Source: an uncultured delta proteobacterium
GTDB taxonomy: Bacteria; Desulfobacterota; Desulfobacteria; Desulfobacterales; B30-G6
Length of the DNA stretch: 64,000 nt
Assembly (NCBI GenBank): GCA_963823335.1
Contig: CAWGLD010000005.1
Span: 288,001 to 352,000 of the forward strand
Direction: 5' to 3'
Under the pieces are notes generated by a model that was not told the DNA's origin, did not search any database, and saw nothing but the letters and a program-made list of their open reading frames with translations. Numbering within the stretch: position 1 is the first letter of the stretch; each line of letters begins with the position of its first letter. The position numbers were made by a program, and so were the translations under genes. Of the stretch, positions 50,201 through 59,303 are shown in pieces.

Positions 50201-50486
50201 TTTCGATGAGGGCTGTACCGGAGTTTTCGCTGGAATACGTCGTGTAAAGCTTGATACCCTCAATGCCTTCGATGGCCTCCTCCAGTTTTCGGGAGATGCC
50301 CTCTTCAATTTCTTCGGGGTCGGCACCTGGGAAGGGCACGGTTATGGTGACCATCTCGAGAGAAAATTCAGGGAAATTTTCCCGCACCATGGATTTGAGG
50401 GCAAAACCACCTGCAATAAAAATGAGCAGAAGGACAATGTTCGCGAAAACAATATTTTTTACAAATGCCGCCAGGACATGTTTCAT
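47289..50486 (-). CDS. RND efflux permease
   Basis: PGADPEEIE, GIVVDDAIVVGE, GVVVNDAIVL, RFRAI.LT. Confidence 0.95.
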   Translation of the reverse strand: MKHVLAAFVKNIVFANIVLLLIFIAGGFALKSMVRENFPEFSLEMVTITVPFPGADPEEIEEGISRKLEEAIEGIEGIKLYTTYSSENSGTALIEIREDYDVDKVLDRIRSDIDAISTFPADAEKPIITELIVKDPVVLLYLSGAMSERRIKEYAEKIKDELQELDSVSQIDIFGSRQYEISVEVSEERLREYGLTFSAVSNAIRQSNLNLAGGTIRTTGEEIRIRTMGRKYTGLELAQIVVLADPSGNIITLDRIATIKDGFTEDPIQAIINGEPSVLIVINKTKEEDALAISASVETFINLKQQQLPDNIHLDTLYDNTEILRARINLLVKNGLIGLMVVFLLLWIFLNARLSFWTGLGIPVSISGALAVLWAVGGTINLISLFGLIMVLGIVVDDAIVVGEAIYVHRKQGKPPIKAAVDGVIEVGLPVIAAVITSIAAFIPLAFVGGIMGKFIAILPVVVIACLAVSLVECLFLLPAHLGDLPDLNTNGRQMNPLTRRLETFHRITRSGMEWFVEKIYMPFLSKALYWRYVSLCVTISILFITIGLVNSGFIKFLMMPEIDGFIITATVEFSEGAPSATTRQAVKQIDAALLRLAEKTKTITGDPMIRSRLALAGQTLGEIPRSGSNLGAVQVILLESEKRGVHTKDLMVAWENEIGVIPGVKSLTFEGMAMGPPGAPIEIWVQGYDMDVILAASQDIMKRLRQFDGVYQIRSDFSKGKNEMRLKLKPEARTLGLTVDDLARQLYAGYYGDEALRLQRGRDNIRVKVRYTADERIRLADVENIRIRTRTGFEIPLFSVADISFSPGFSTIRRTNGMRRIAVSAGVDTNKANTNEILSELSSGFFTELQDRYPAVRIAIQGEQKKMRESFGSLYVGFPLALIGIYIIIATMFKSYIQPFVIMFTVPFGIIGAVAGHLVFGYDLSMMSIFGMVALTGVVVNDAIVLIERINENFAEGMPYFEAVLKGGVRRFRAITLTSLSTIGGLTPLILETDLQARFLIPMALSLASGVLFATILTLVLVPSLLTILSDFRLLIYRFRHGIWPDRLAVEPARNRHVDPLKES

Positions 50487-50614
50487 GTCGGTTTTCCTTA
50501 CAATAGCTGTAAGTGGTTAGCCTTAAGCGGTAGGCAGCTTATAGCTTATTGTTCTTGTACTTTTCCATCGAACTTTTGGAACTTCAATCACTAAATTCTC
50601 TGGACAGGGGAAAC

Positions 50615-50665
50615 TGGAAATTATCTCAAAAAAAGGGTTTTGGTTCAAGTTCGAGATAATTTCTA
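50615..50665. mobile_element. Internally deleted relative of the 13725 MITE
   Basis: gaaattatctc-aaaaaaagggttttggttcaagttc-gagataatttc shares atctcaaaaaaagggttttggttc with the 13725 element; contains the stop codon of the adaptor gene. Confidence 0.65.
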
Positions 50666-52003
50666 CTTTATGGTCACTGCCAGTAGCGAATTCTCCAGTG
50701 GATCGCTCAGCCTGGTGGTGACAACTGTCTGCCCGGGTGTCAACCCCTGGGAAACGAACACATCCTCTCCCTTGGTGTATACGATCGTCACAGGTACTGT
50801 TTCCAGACGACTCTCTTCAGTTGCCAGATAAACCGTATTCTCGAAGCTTACAGACCAGCGGGGTAAACGAACGACATTCTGTAATGTTTTCCCTGGAATA
50901 TCGACGATACAAAACATACCTTCCACCAGGGGAAATAGGCTCTGTTCTTCCTGTTGTGAGTCGCGGGTGTCCAGTTTTACGGCGACTGTCAGTGTTCGGG
51001 TTTGTGGATCGAAATGGATGACCCTGTCCATAATGCCTGACCAGAGATGGGTTTCAGGATTCTCTGTCCAGCGAAGCTTACAGGACACGGGAGTCGGTTT
51101 AGAAAACCAGGTGGTCTGATTTACTGAATCATTTTGGTCAAACAAGAGCCATTGCCGTGCGTCCCCGGCATCCAGGGAAATCTCAATCTCGCGAAGGGTG
51201 TCGTCCGCCAGGGTTACAAGGGGTTGCCCGGGTGTTACATACTGGCCGATTTCGACAGAGACGTTTTTTATCCGTCCCCTAAACGGCGCTGCCACTTGGC
51301 ACCGGAACAGATTGACTTCTGCAATGGCATATCTGGCTTTTGCAGCTTCTATAGCACTGTGAGCTTCCTGGATTTGAAACGGGTAAAGGGCCAGCGCCCG
51401 GGACATCTGGTCGGCCTGGTCCATGGCTGCGTTGTAGGACTGTTCCGCTCTGTCCACACCTGAGCGGGTGCCAACATTGCTGGTATCGTACAGTTGTTTT
51501 ACGCGTTTGAATTCCAGTTCGGCAAGATCTTGGGTACGCTCGACTGTTTTTTGACGTTCCCCATCGATGGTGAATTGTTTTTCAAGTCTCAAAACAGCAT
51601 TTTTAAACTGCTGCAGGGAAGCGTTTGCCTCCTGCAGCGTGGCGGCGTATATTCTGGAATCGATTTTAAACAGGGTTTCGCCCCGGGGGATGATTTCGCC
51701 GGTTTCAAGACGTGGATGGACATCCATTACACGACCGGAAATTTCCGGGGAGATGGAGACGGCGTTGCGTGTCTTTATTTCGCCATACCCGGTCAAGATG
51801 ACTCTGACGTCTTCCGTTTTGACAATGGTGCCTTCGACCTGCAAGACCTGCTCGGTGCGTTTGGCTTCCGCCGGTGGTTTTTTCAAGGCTGAAAGCTTGT
51901 TCATGACCAGCACTCCGAACAGCAGGACGATCAGGCAGATAATAATCCGAATGAGGATTTGTTTTGCCCGAACCGGTGTCTTTTTCGACGGGTGAGATTC
52001 CAT
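50663..52003 (-). CDS. RND periplasmic adaptor (membrane fusion protein)
   Basis: N-terminal TM; ISGRV, APFRGRI, GQYV.PG, DPQTRT. Confidence 0.92.
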   Translation of the reverse strand: MESHPSKKTPVRAKQILIRIIICLIVLLFGVLVMNKLSALKKPPAEAKRTEQVLQVEGTIVKTEDVRVILTGYGEIKTRNAVSISPEISGRVMDVHPRLETGEIIPRGETLFKIDSRIYAATLQEANASLQQFKNAVLRLEKQFTIDGERQKTVERTQDLAELEFKRVKQLYDTSNVGTRSGVDRAEQSYNAAMDQADQMSRALALYPFQIQEAHSAIEAAKARYAIAEVNLFRCQVAAPFRGRIKNVSVEIGQYVTPGQPLVTLADDTLREIEISLDAGDARQWLLFDQNDSVNQTTWFSKPTPVSCKLRWTENPETHLWSGIMDRVIHFDPQTRTLTVAVKLDTRDSQQEEQSLFPLVEGMFCIVDIPGKTLQNVVRLPRWSVSFENTVYLATEESRLETVPVTIVYTKGEDVFVSQGLTPGQTVVTTRLSDPLENSLLAVTIK

Positions 52004-52161
52004 TTTATTCACTCCAATATTTGAAGAACCTCGCAGAAAACTACGAGGAATGTTCTGCCGTTGGTAGAACCCGCGGGGTTAGCAGGCGCTGTGGCAGTTC
52101 AATTGGGGTCAAACCCCGTGTGCGTTTACTGCATTGCGATTCATCGTATGCAACTATCTGG

Positions 52162-52629
52162 CTATGACTCTTTTTCCAGTATTACCTTGACTTTTTCCAG
52201 AACATCGCACCACGTGGCTGTTGTCTCTTGACCCAGTTTCTCCACCAGATCCACAAAACGAAGAAGGATGGTTTCTTCAATCGCCTGGATGTTGGATTTA
52301 AATGACGGTGCGATTTGAACCATCACTTTTCGCCGATCCTCCTGACTGTGTTTTCTCACCAGAATGCCCTTTTCCACAAGCCGACTGACCATGGCCGATG
52401 AAGAGGGTGGAGACACACCCATTTGTTTTGAAAGTGCAGTCATGGAGATCTGTACGTGACCGTAGACGATCATGATGGTCTGAATCTGTGAAAGGGACAG
52501 GTTTTTGAGCACCTGTTTGCTTTTCCTGGATCCGAAATGGGGAATGTGCATCATGACGATTCGATCTCGGATAAGCTTTCCGGTTGTCATGATGTATCCG
52601 GCCAGCTGGCGTGCCTCATCGTGTTTCAT
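52162..52629 (-). CDS. MarR family regulator
   Basis: LSLSQ, VSPPSSSAMVSRLVEKGILVR..SQEDRR. Confidence 0.92.
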   Translation of the reverse strand: MKHDEARQLAGYIMTTGKLIRDRIVMMHIPHFGSRKSKQVLKNLSLSQIQTIMIVYGHVQISMTALSKQMGVSPPSSSAMVSRLVEKGILVRKHSQEDRRKVMVQIAPSFKSNIQAIEETILLRFVDLVEKLGQETTATWCDVLEKVKVILEKES

Positions 52630-52645
52630 AGAGAGTTGCTCCCAC

Positions 52646-52686
52646 AATATTTAGCTTTGATAATATTTAGGCTATCTAAATATTAT
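52646..52686. promoter_or_regulatory. Probable MarR operator
   Basis: ataatatttag-N5-ctaaatattat (52660-52686) plus a third half-site aatatttag at 52646; lies between a minus-strand TTGACA and the marR RBS. Confidence 0.7.
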
Positions 52687-52722
52687 GATCGTTATATTTT
52701 GTCAAGTCAGCATGGAAGGATA

Positions 52723-53592
52723 TTATTTGACGGACGGATAATTCCCGGAGTGAGCCGCTATCTGATGGAAGGACGTTTCGAGCTCTCTGACTTCTTTCAT
52801 TCGCTGGGGGTCGAGATAAAAGCGATACAGGATATCGCCTGTGTCTATGGGCCGGCCGAGAATCTGTGTCTCTATCTGGAAAAGGGCTTGGATTGATTTG
52901 TCAGAAACCGGATACCCTTTATCATCTACATGAATATGATGATTCATGGTGAGTCTCGATATATTATTGATATCGACGAGCTTGACACCACCCAAAGACG
53001 TCATGATCAGGTTGCCCACACCGGCAAGGTCTGGAATGGCACCTGTCTTCATGATGATGCTTTTGATACAGTTGACAAAGGATGCCAGGTTTTCAAGAGC
53101 GGTCTTCAGTGCCGCTTCATGCGTGCCCTTTACAATACCTTCTATTTTCAGTAATGCATTCTCATGCCAGGGGTCGACAGCTTCTCCATGAACAAACTCC
53201 TGAAGACCGCACAGCAGAATGCTTTTCTCGCGCCCTCGGGTATAATCCACTAAAAATTCCGAGGATACAGCATAATGGGATCTCGACAGCCACTGTTGGA
53301 GAATATTGTAATTATCTATTTCTTTTTGGATATCACGGAGTGAAGAGAATCTCTTCTTGAAAATTCTGAGCATGGCAACCGGTTGCGCAATCGGGAACAT
53401 GCAAACACCCTGCTGAATAATGCCTCTGGTTTCGATGATGACGTCTGACATTTCCAGGACCTGGATCAAACGGGATCGCAGGCCTTCCCTGAAGTGGTTG
53501 CGAAAAAAATACCGGGAAGGGTGTTTGATGAAATTCAGTGCTATGATGTCATCATGCGACAGGGTCGGCTTTTCTCTGATGTCGGTTGTCAT
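52723..53592 (-). CDS. Hypothetical protein with kinase-like motifs
   Basis: LQEFV.G, IPDLAGVGNLI, VKLVDINN. Confidence 0.7.
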   Translation of the reverse strand: MTTDIREKPTLSHDDIIALNFIKHPSRYFFRNHFREGLRSRLIQVLEMSDVIIETRGIIQQGVCMFPIAQPVAMLRIFKKRFSSLRDIQKEIDNYNILQQWLSRSHYAVSSEFLVDYTRGREKSILLCGLQEFVHGEAVDPWHENALLKIEGIVKGTHEAALKTALENLASFVNCIKSIIMKTGAIPDLAGVGNLIMTSLGGVKLVDINNISRLTMNHHIHVDDKGYPVSDKSIQALFQIETQILGRPIDTGDILYRFYLDPQRMKEVRELETSFHQIAAHSGNYPSVK

Positions 53593-53637
53593 GGCTTTTA
53601 GCTCTGAGCCTTTAGCTGGTGACCGTCAATAACGGTC

Positions 53638-53675
53638 AGCTACTCTCGAACCCTTGTATCACCTTCGGACCCTTG
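53638..53675. repeat. Copy of dispersed 3'-end repeat
   Basis: agctactctcgaacccttgtatcaccttcggacccttg, 35/38 identical to 63479-63516. Confidence 0.8.
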
Positions 53676-53687
53676 AACCCAGGGATT

Positions 53688-54515
53688 CTATTCTAGCATC
53701 TCCTCTTCAAGGTTTTCAATCCAGGCGGCGTTCACATTTGCCTTTTGGATGAGGTAGTCTCTTGCGGAGCCATATTTCTTGTTGATATGTTCTATCACGG
53801 CTACGATAGCACTTTTGGGGGCAGTCAAATAGTCGATCAGCTTATCAGGGTCTACCCCGATCTTCCGCAGGTTGTCTTGAATATTCTGTGTCTGCTTCGC
53901 ATTGTAGATATTTGACAGGGCGTGGTCATGAATCACCCACTTTTCAGATACGCCCAGGCATAAAAGAATCAAGGCTGCACCTACGCCGGTGCGATCTTTC
54001 CCGGCTGTGCAGTGAAACAGGAGCGGTCGATAAGATCGCTGGCATACGTATTTGAAGAATAAATGCCAGATATCATGGAATGCTTCGATTTTTTCAATAT
54101 AGGATTTTAGCATGAAGTCCGGTGTAAACCAAGCAATGTCGCCTTTCATAATCCTGGTGACGGCTTCTGTGGGCTCCATTGTTTTGTTCACGATGGGAAG
54201 ATGCAGGACCTGTAGAGATGCTTGTTCAGGCAGGTGGTTTGGCTGACGCGTTATTTCCTCTGCTGACCGAAAATCACAAACAGACTGGATGCCGATCTCC
54301 TGTAAAATCTTATGGTCGTTTTCCGTCAACGATGCAAGATTGCCCGAACGAAAAATTTTGCGCCATTTGACCCGCTTGTGTCCGTTGGTTGGATATCCGC
54401 CGATGTCCCGAAAATTTGCGGTACCATCCAACACGATTCGACGCTCAAAATCGCCGGTGTCAACATCTTCACTATTCTGACTGCTTTTTTTCATTTGTGT
54501 ATCCTGGACTACCAC
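53688..54515 (-). CDS. Protein tyrosine/serine phosphatase (IphP/PtpB-like)
   Basis: NFRDIGGY, FRSG, DFRS..E, HCTAGKDRTG. Confidence 0.93.
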   Translation of the reverse strand: MVVQDTQMKKSSQNSEDVDTGDFERRIVLDGTANFRDIGGYPTNGHKRVKWRKIFRSGNLASLTENDHKILQEIGIQSVCDFRSAEEITRQPNHLPEQASLQVLHLPIVNKTMEPTEAVTRIMKGDIAWFTPDFMLKSYIEKIEAFHDIWHLFFKYVCQRSYRPLLFHCTAGKDRTGVGAALILLCLGVSEKWVIHDHALSNIYNAKQTQNIQDNLRKIGVDPDKLIDYLTAPKSAIVAVIEHINKKYGSARDYLIQKANVNAAWIENLEEEMLE

Positions 54516-54581
54516 ATCTTACGACAGACAGGTCTTTGGGTAAGAAAAACGCGGTCACGTTCTTCGGAAACGTGCCTATGT

Positions 54582-55253
54582 TTATTTCCCAAGCACAACC
54601 AGTGCATCAACAGCTACAGGTTGTCCCTGGATCAGTTTGATGGGGTTGATATCAATTTCGCTGATAGCATCATTTTCCAACCCGATTCTACCCAGAGAAA
54701 TCAGAATATTCGCCAAGGCTTTGCGGTTTACCGGTGGCTTTCCCCTAAAGGTGTTCAGAATTTTTTTCCCCCGTATATTATCCATCATGTCCATGGCATC
54801 GAGGGTGGTGATGGGTGCTACCCGGATCGACACATCTTCCAGTATTTCTGCCAGGATGCCGCCGAGTCCGAACACCACACACGGGCCGAACTGGCTGTCG
54901 CGTTTGAGACCCGCCAAAAGTTCGCGATTGCCCCTGAGCATCTGTTGTATCAGGACTTCATTTATCGGGACTGTGCTTTCCGCTAAAAGCCCTTTATAGG
55001 CCAGTCTTACCTGGGATTCATCCTTGAGGTCGAGTCGTATCAGGTCGTGTTCGGTCTTGTGCTGTATTTTTTCTCCAGACGCCTTCAGCACGACCGGGTA
55101 GCCAATGGAATTTGCGACTGCAACAGCCTCTTCGATGGTGGTTGCAGTTTTTTCATTGGTGACAGGGATCCCATAGGCTGAAAGTACCTGTTTTGATTGA
55201 AACTCCGACAGGTTCTCAGCTCCTCTGTTGATGGCGGCTTCGATAATTTTCAT
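54582..55253 (-). CDS. Acetate-CoA ligase (ADP-forming) beta-type ATP-grasp subunit
   Basis: LSEFQSK..L.AYGIPV, GYPVVLK, HKTE, FGP..FGLGG, EIDINP, VAVDAL. Confidence 0.9.
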   Translation of the reverse strand: MKIIEAAINRGAENLSEFQSKQVLSAYGIPVTNEKTATTIEEAVAVANSIGYPVVLKASGEKIQHKTEHDLIRLDLKDESQVRLAYKGLLAESTVPINEVLIQQMLRGNRELLAGLKRDSQFGPCVVFGLGGILAEILEDVSIRVAPITTLDAMDMMDNIRGKKILNTFRGKPPVNRKALANILISLGRIGLENDAISEIDINPIKLIQGQPVAVDALVVLGK

Positions 55254-55267
55254 CGGTTTTCCTTATT

Positions 55268-55741
55268 TTATTGACTCTCGATTTCAGCATTGAAGGCATC
55301 TACCTTGGATTGAAACATGTTTCGTTGTTCTTCGTAGGACTTTATCTTTTCATTAAATGCCTCCACACGTTTCTTGTGAGCTTCAAAAGCCTCTGTTTCC
55401 TGGGGGTTTGGCGATGATTCCAGAAGAGATGTTCGTTCCGCGTCCAAATCTTTAAATAATTGTTCCAGGGATTTCCATTCATTGTTGAGTTGCTCGATCC
55501 GTCTGTTCTCGACGCTTGATGTAGTTTCCTCTTTTAGCTCATCAGAAGTTTCAAGTTTTGGTTCGGGTGTAACAGCCTCTTTGTAGGCCTGAACGCTTTG
55601 CCGTTGATCTTTGGGGACATTGAGAAGATTGTCTGTAAATCTGATCATCCCGTTGGCATCTTTGTACTTATAGTATTCAGCGCAGACAGGTATCGGGATC
55701 AGTGACAGAACCGCCAATATTATAAGTGTGTTAGCAATCAT
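55268..55741 (-). CDS. DUF4124-type exported protein
   Basis: Signal peptide, AEYYKYKDANG..RFTDN...VP, coiled-coil C-terminus. Confidence 0.8.
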   Translation of the reverse strand: MIANTLIILAVLSLIPIPVCAEYYKYKDANGMIRFTDNLLNVPKDQRQSVQAYKEAVTPEPKLETSDELKEETTSSVENRRIEQLNNEWKSLEQLFKDLDAERTSLLESSPNPQETEAFEAHKKRVEAFNEKIKSYEEQRNMFQSKVDAFNAEIESQ

Positions 55742-56002
55742 TTCCCGTCTCCTTGAACCGGCATCAAGTCTCTTTCTGGATAGTGTTAAAGCTTTACTTC
55801 GTGTCCCGCATTCGCGGGAGCATAAACGATTTTCTTACTATATAGAACATGCATTGCCAAATCAAACAAATTTCTGAATATGAACTGCCCAATTGGTGGT
55901 ATCTACTACATACAAGGATTTGTTGACTAAAAGCAATCAATTGGTTAGGTAAAAGGTTGGAAAACAAAAGTTGGGATAGAGCTTATTGCTTTCAATTTTA
56001 AC

Positions 56003-56572
56003 ATGGACAAACTGAAAATGGACACATTGAAGGGACAGTTTCTGATCGCCATGCCATCCATGCTGGATTTCAATTTTTCTCACACGGTAACATGTATGTC
56101 TGAGGATACCGAGGATGGAGCTTTGGGAATTGTTGTCAACCGTGTGATACCTTCACTCACGGCCGGTTCTATCTTTAGAGAGTTGAAGATAGACTATACC
56201 GCTTCGGCAGCTATGATACCGCTTCATATCGGTGGGCCGGTTCACGAGAATGAAATATTTATTCTCCATGGTGAACCGTTCTCGTGGGAGGGGTGTATGA
56301 TGATTACACCGACGTTGGCTATGAGTAACACCATGGATCTTATTGAGGCCATTGCAAAGGGTGAAGGGCCGCAAGCCTTCCTGATCGCACTGGGTTGTGC
56401 TGGTTGGGGGCAGGGGCAACTGGCCAGCGAAATATTGCAGAATGTGTGGCTTACGTGCCCTGTTGATGATAAAATTATATTTGAATCCAAAGTCGATGAG
56501 CGATGGCATGCCGCGGTGAGATTGCTGGGAATCGACCCGATGCTCTTATCCACTACGGCGGGTCATGCGTGA
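56003..56572 (+). CDS. YqgE/AlgH family protein
   Basis: FLIAMP...D.NF, GALGIVVNR, GGPV, GWGQGQL..E, LGIDP..LS..AGHA. Confidence 0.93.
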   Translation: MDKLKMDTLKGQFLIAMPSMLDFNFSHTVTCMSEDTEDGALGIVVNRVIPSLTAGSIFRELKIDYTASAAMIPLHIGGPVHENEIFILHGEPFSWEGCMMITPTLAMSNTMDLIEAIAKGEGPQAFLIALGCAGWGQGQLASEILQNVWLTCPVDDKIIFESKVDERWHAAVRLLGIDPMLLSTTAGHA

Positions 56573-56687
56573 ACCGCAACGGTGCGTGCATTCCTTATGG
56601 CTTGCTGCGAGCTTCTTCAATAAAAAAAGCCTCCTGCCGGAGACCTTCGACCTGATGGACCGATTCGTGGTGAGAGGTTTGTTGGGC

Positions 56688-56846
56688 TTAGGCTGTGGAT
56701 TCGACTTTTTTCTTCGGTTTCGTCTTTGGTTTCTTCTTTTTCAGACACACTTTATCTTTCCTTACAAATGCACAGAGTTTCGGATTGTAATACTCCTTGC
56801 AGTTTAAAGGATTGTAGAGTGGGCATTCCGGATGTTTTTCTGACAT
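56688..56846 (-). CDS. 52-aa Cys4 protein with basic tail (absent from the ORF track)
   Basis: MSEKHPECPLYNPLNCKEYYNPKLCAFVRKDKVCLKKKKPKTKPKKKVESTA; purine-rich aagggga upstream. Confidence 0.7.
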   Translation of the reverse strand: MSEKHPECPLYNPLNCKEYYNPKLCAFVRKDKVCLKKKKPKTKPKKKVESTA

Positions 56847-56997
56847 GAATCGTATTTCCCCTTTAGATGATCATTTATCTAATTTTCTTCCATACCACAA
56901 ACCCACAGAATTTACAAGCCATTCCCTTTGACAATCGGATTCACTCCATGTAAATATGACATACAGAATCCAGGCCATGCAGGAACAGGACACTACT

Positions 56998-59262
56998 ATG
57001 ACTTCATTTCAGACGATAAAAGACGATCTTAAACAGCTTTGCACCGATATCGCTAGCTATCTTGTTTCCGCTAAGGAGTTGCCAAACCTTGGCGTGGCCT
57101 CATTTGGAGAATGGGAAGCCATATGCCGGGCAATCAAGAAGCAGATGGATGAGGAAATCATTCGGGTTGCTGTGGTAGGCGCCATAAAATCAGGTAAAAG
57201 CACATTCGTCAACTCGTTGTTTAAAGCCGACTACCTAAACCGGGGTGCCGGTGTGGTAACCTCCATCGTCACGAGAATTCGGCGGGGTCCTTACTTGAAA
57301 GCAAAACTTTATTTCAAAACATGGGACGAGGTGAACGAAGAACTGTCTCAGGCTTTGACTCTTTTCCCAGACCATGCCTGGGAGTCGGAAGAAACCCAAT
57401 TCGACATTCGCAGAGAAGATGACCGGCGGGTATTGGCCACATCTCTGAATAATATCCAATCGAATCTCCTGATTACCAATGGTATCCGCAACACCAATAG
57501 TATCCTTATCGACTCTTATTTAAAAGGGTATGATTTGGTGAAAGACATCATTACATTGGACGGTATTTCCAAGGTGTACGAGGACGACCTGTTTGGCGAA
57601 CAGAAAACGTTTGTGGGGAGCGACCACCTGGCTGTATACCTAAAGGATGTGCTCCTGGAAATCATGGGTGGGGACATGGGAGATGATATTGAAATCGCAG
57701 ACTGCCAGGGGAGCGATTCACCCAATCCACGCCATCTATCCATGATTCAGGATTACCTGTTGAAGACCCACCTCCTTGTTTACGTTATCAGCAGCCGCAC
57801 CGGATTGCGCCAGGCCGATATGCGCTTCTTATCAATTATCAGAAACATGGGCATTCTTGAAAATATCCTTTTTGTCCTCAACAGCGATTTCAGCGAGCAT
57901 GAAACACTGGAAGGACTTATCGCATTGGTTGATCGTACAAGGGAAGATTTGTCGGTTATTTCGCCCGATCCTGAAATTTATGTCTTTTCGTCACTTTATA
58001 ATCTATTCAAATCATCCTTCAAATCCATGTCGCGTAAAGATGAAATGCGGTTTTCTCAATGGGAAGCGGAGGAACGCTTTGTCGAGTTCTCAGATAGTGA
58101 GACAAAGCGGTTTAAAGCTGATTTTTCTACCAAATTGGGAGCAGAACGCTATTCTCTGCTGGTGAAAAACAATATCGAGCGCCTGCGGCTTGTCTCCGAG
58201 GCACTAACACACTGGTCTACCGTCCACCAGGAGATTTTGGGCGGGGATGCAAAAGAGGTTGCAACACTCATCAGCAAAATGACTGACCACCAGCAGCAGA
58301 TGACTCAGATTGCATCGCTTGTCAAAAGTACACTTGAGGGTACATCGCGGGATATTAAGTCGAATCTAAAGAAGACCATTGACAGGTTTTTTGATGCCAG
58401 GAACGGTGCGGTGGTAAAAGACGTGATTGTCTTTATCAGGAATTTTCAGCTCAATCTTGAAACCTATGAAACAGCCCTTGAATCAGCTCGGTTTACCGAG
58501 ACGCTTTACCTGGTTTTTCAGGATTTCAAGGCGGCGGTTGACAGGCATCTGGTTGAAACGATTCACCCCCGAATCGTCAAATTTATCCGGGAGGAAGAGG
58601 AGAGGATCAAGTCTCACCTTGAATCGGTTGCAACACCCTATGCCACCATGATGAAGGAGACCGTGTCTGATTACAAGGCATCCATGGCAGATACGGGTGC
58701 ACCTCAGTCCGACAGCCTTGGAAACAGGATGATTTTGGTGGATCTGAAGATCCTCAAATTGAGAGACAATCTGAATCTGCCCCCGGTGGAAACAACCATG
58801 CGTTACTCTGCCAGAATAAAAACAGAGGCGGTTATGCGTCTTGGACTCTATTCAGCCGTAAAGCTTTTCCGAAAACTGCTGAAAAAAACAGACATTCGAC
58901 AGAATCGCAGAAGAAACAAGGCCCTGGAAGATGGATTCAGACGTATGAAGCTGGAGACGATGCGATCCATCAGCGCGCAGTTCAGGGATTATCAGGAGAA
59001 TGTCAAGTTCCAGTACCTGTTTCGTTTGACGGATGCCATTGTTCATCAACTCAATGATGATCTTCAAGAACGTTTCAAGGTCTATTTTACAGATACTTCA
59101 AAAATGATCGAGATGGTCAAAGAGGAACGCATAGATAAGGAACGGATCAAAGCAAGCTTGCACCAGATAGGTGCAACCGCCAGGGGTTATCTGACACGCC
59201 TTGAACGGTTCAGGGAAGATGTCGAATCGGTTTTGAACCGCAATTACCCATCAGAGTTGTGA
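56998..59262 (+). CDS. Dynamin-like GTPase
   Basis: G1 GAIKSGKST, G2 VVTS, G3 DCQG, variant G4 NSDF, long helical C-terminus; start could be 56956. Confidence 0.85.
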   Translation: MTSFQTIKDDLKQLCTDIASYLVSAKELPNLGVASFGEWEAICRAIKKQMDEEIIRVAVVGAIKSGKSTFVNSLFKADYLNRGAGVVTSIVTRIRRGPYLKAKLYFKTWDEVNEELSQALTLFPDHAWESEETQFDIRREDDRRVLATSLNNIQSNLLITNGIRNTNSILIDSYLKGYDLVKDIITLDGISKVYEDDLFGEQKTFVGSDHLAVYLKDVLLEIMGGDMGDDIEIADCQGSDSPNPRHLSMIQDYLLKTHLLVYVISSRTGLRQADMRFLSIIRNMGILENILFVLNSDFSEHETLEGLIALVDRTREDLSVISPDPEIYVFSSLYNLFKSSFKSMSRKDEMRFSQWEAEERFVEFSDSETKRFKADFSTKLGAERYSLLVKNNIERLRLVSEALTHWSTVHQEILGGDAKEVATLISKMTDHQQQMTQIASLVKSTLEGTSRDIKSNLKKTIDRFFDARNGAVVKDVIVFIRNFQLNLETYETALESARFTETLYLVFQDFKAAVDRHLVETIHPRIVKFIREEEERIKSHLESVATPYATMMKETVSDYKASMADTGAPQSDSLGNRMILVDLKILKLRDNLNLPPVETTMRYSARIKTEAVMRLGLYSAVKLFRKLLKKTDIRQNRRRNKALEDGFRRMKLETMRSISAQFRDYQENVKFQYLFRLTDAIVHQLNDDLQERFKVYFTDTSKMIEMVKEERIDKERIKASLHQIGATARGYLTRLERFREDVESVLNRNYPSEL

Positions 59263-59303
59263 TAATTTCATAAAGGACCGAACACAGGTCAGAGGAGGAA
59301 AAG

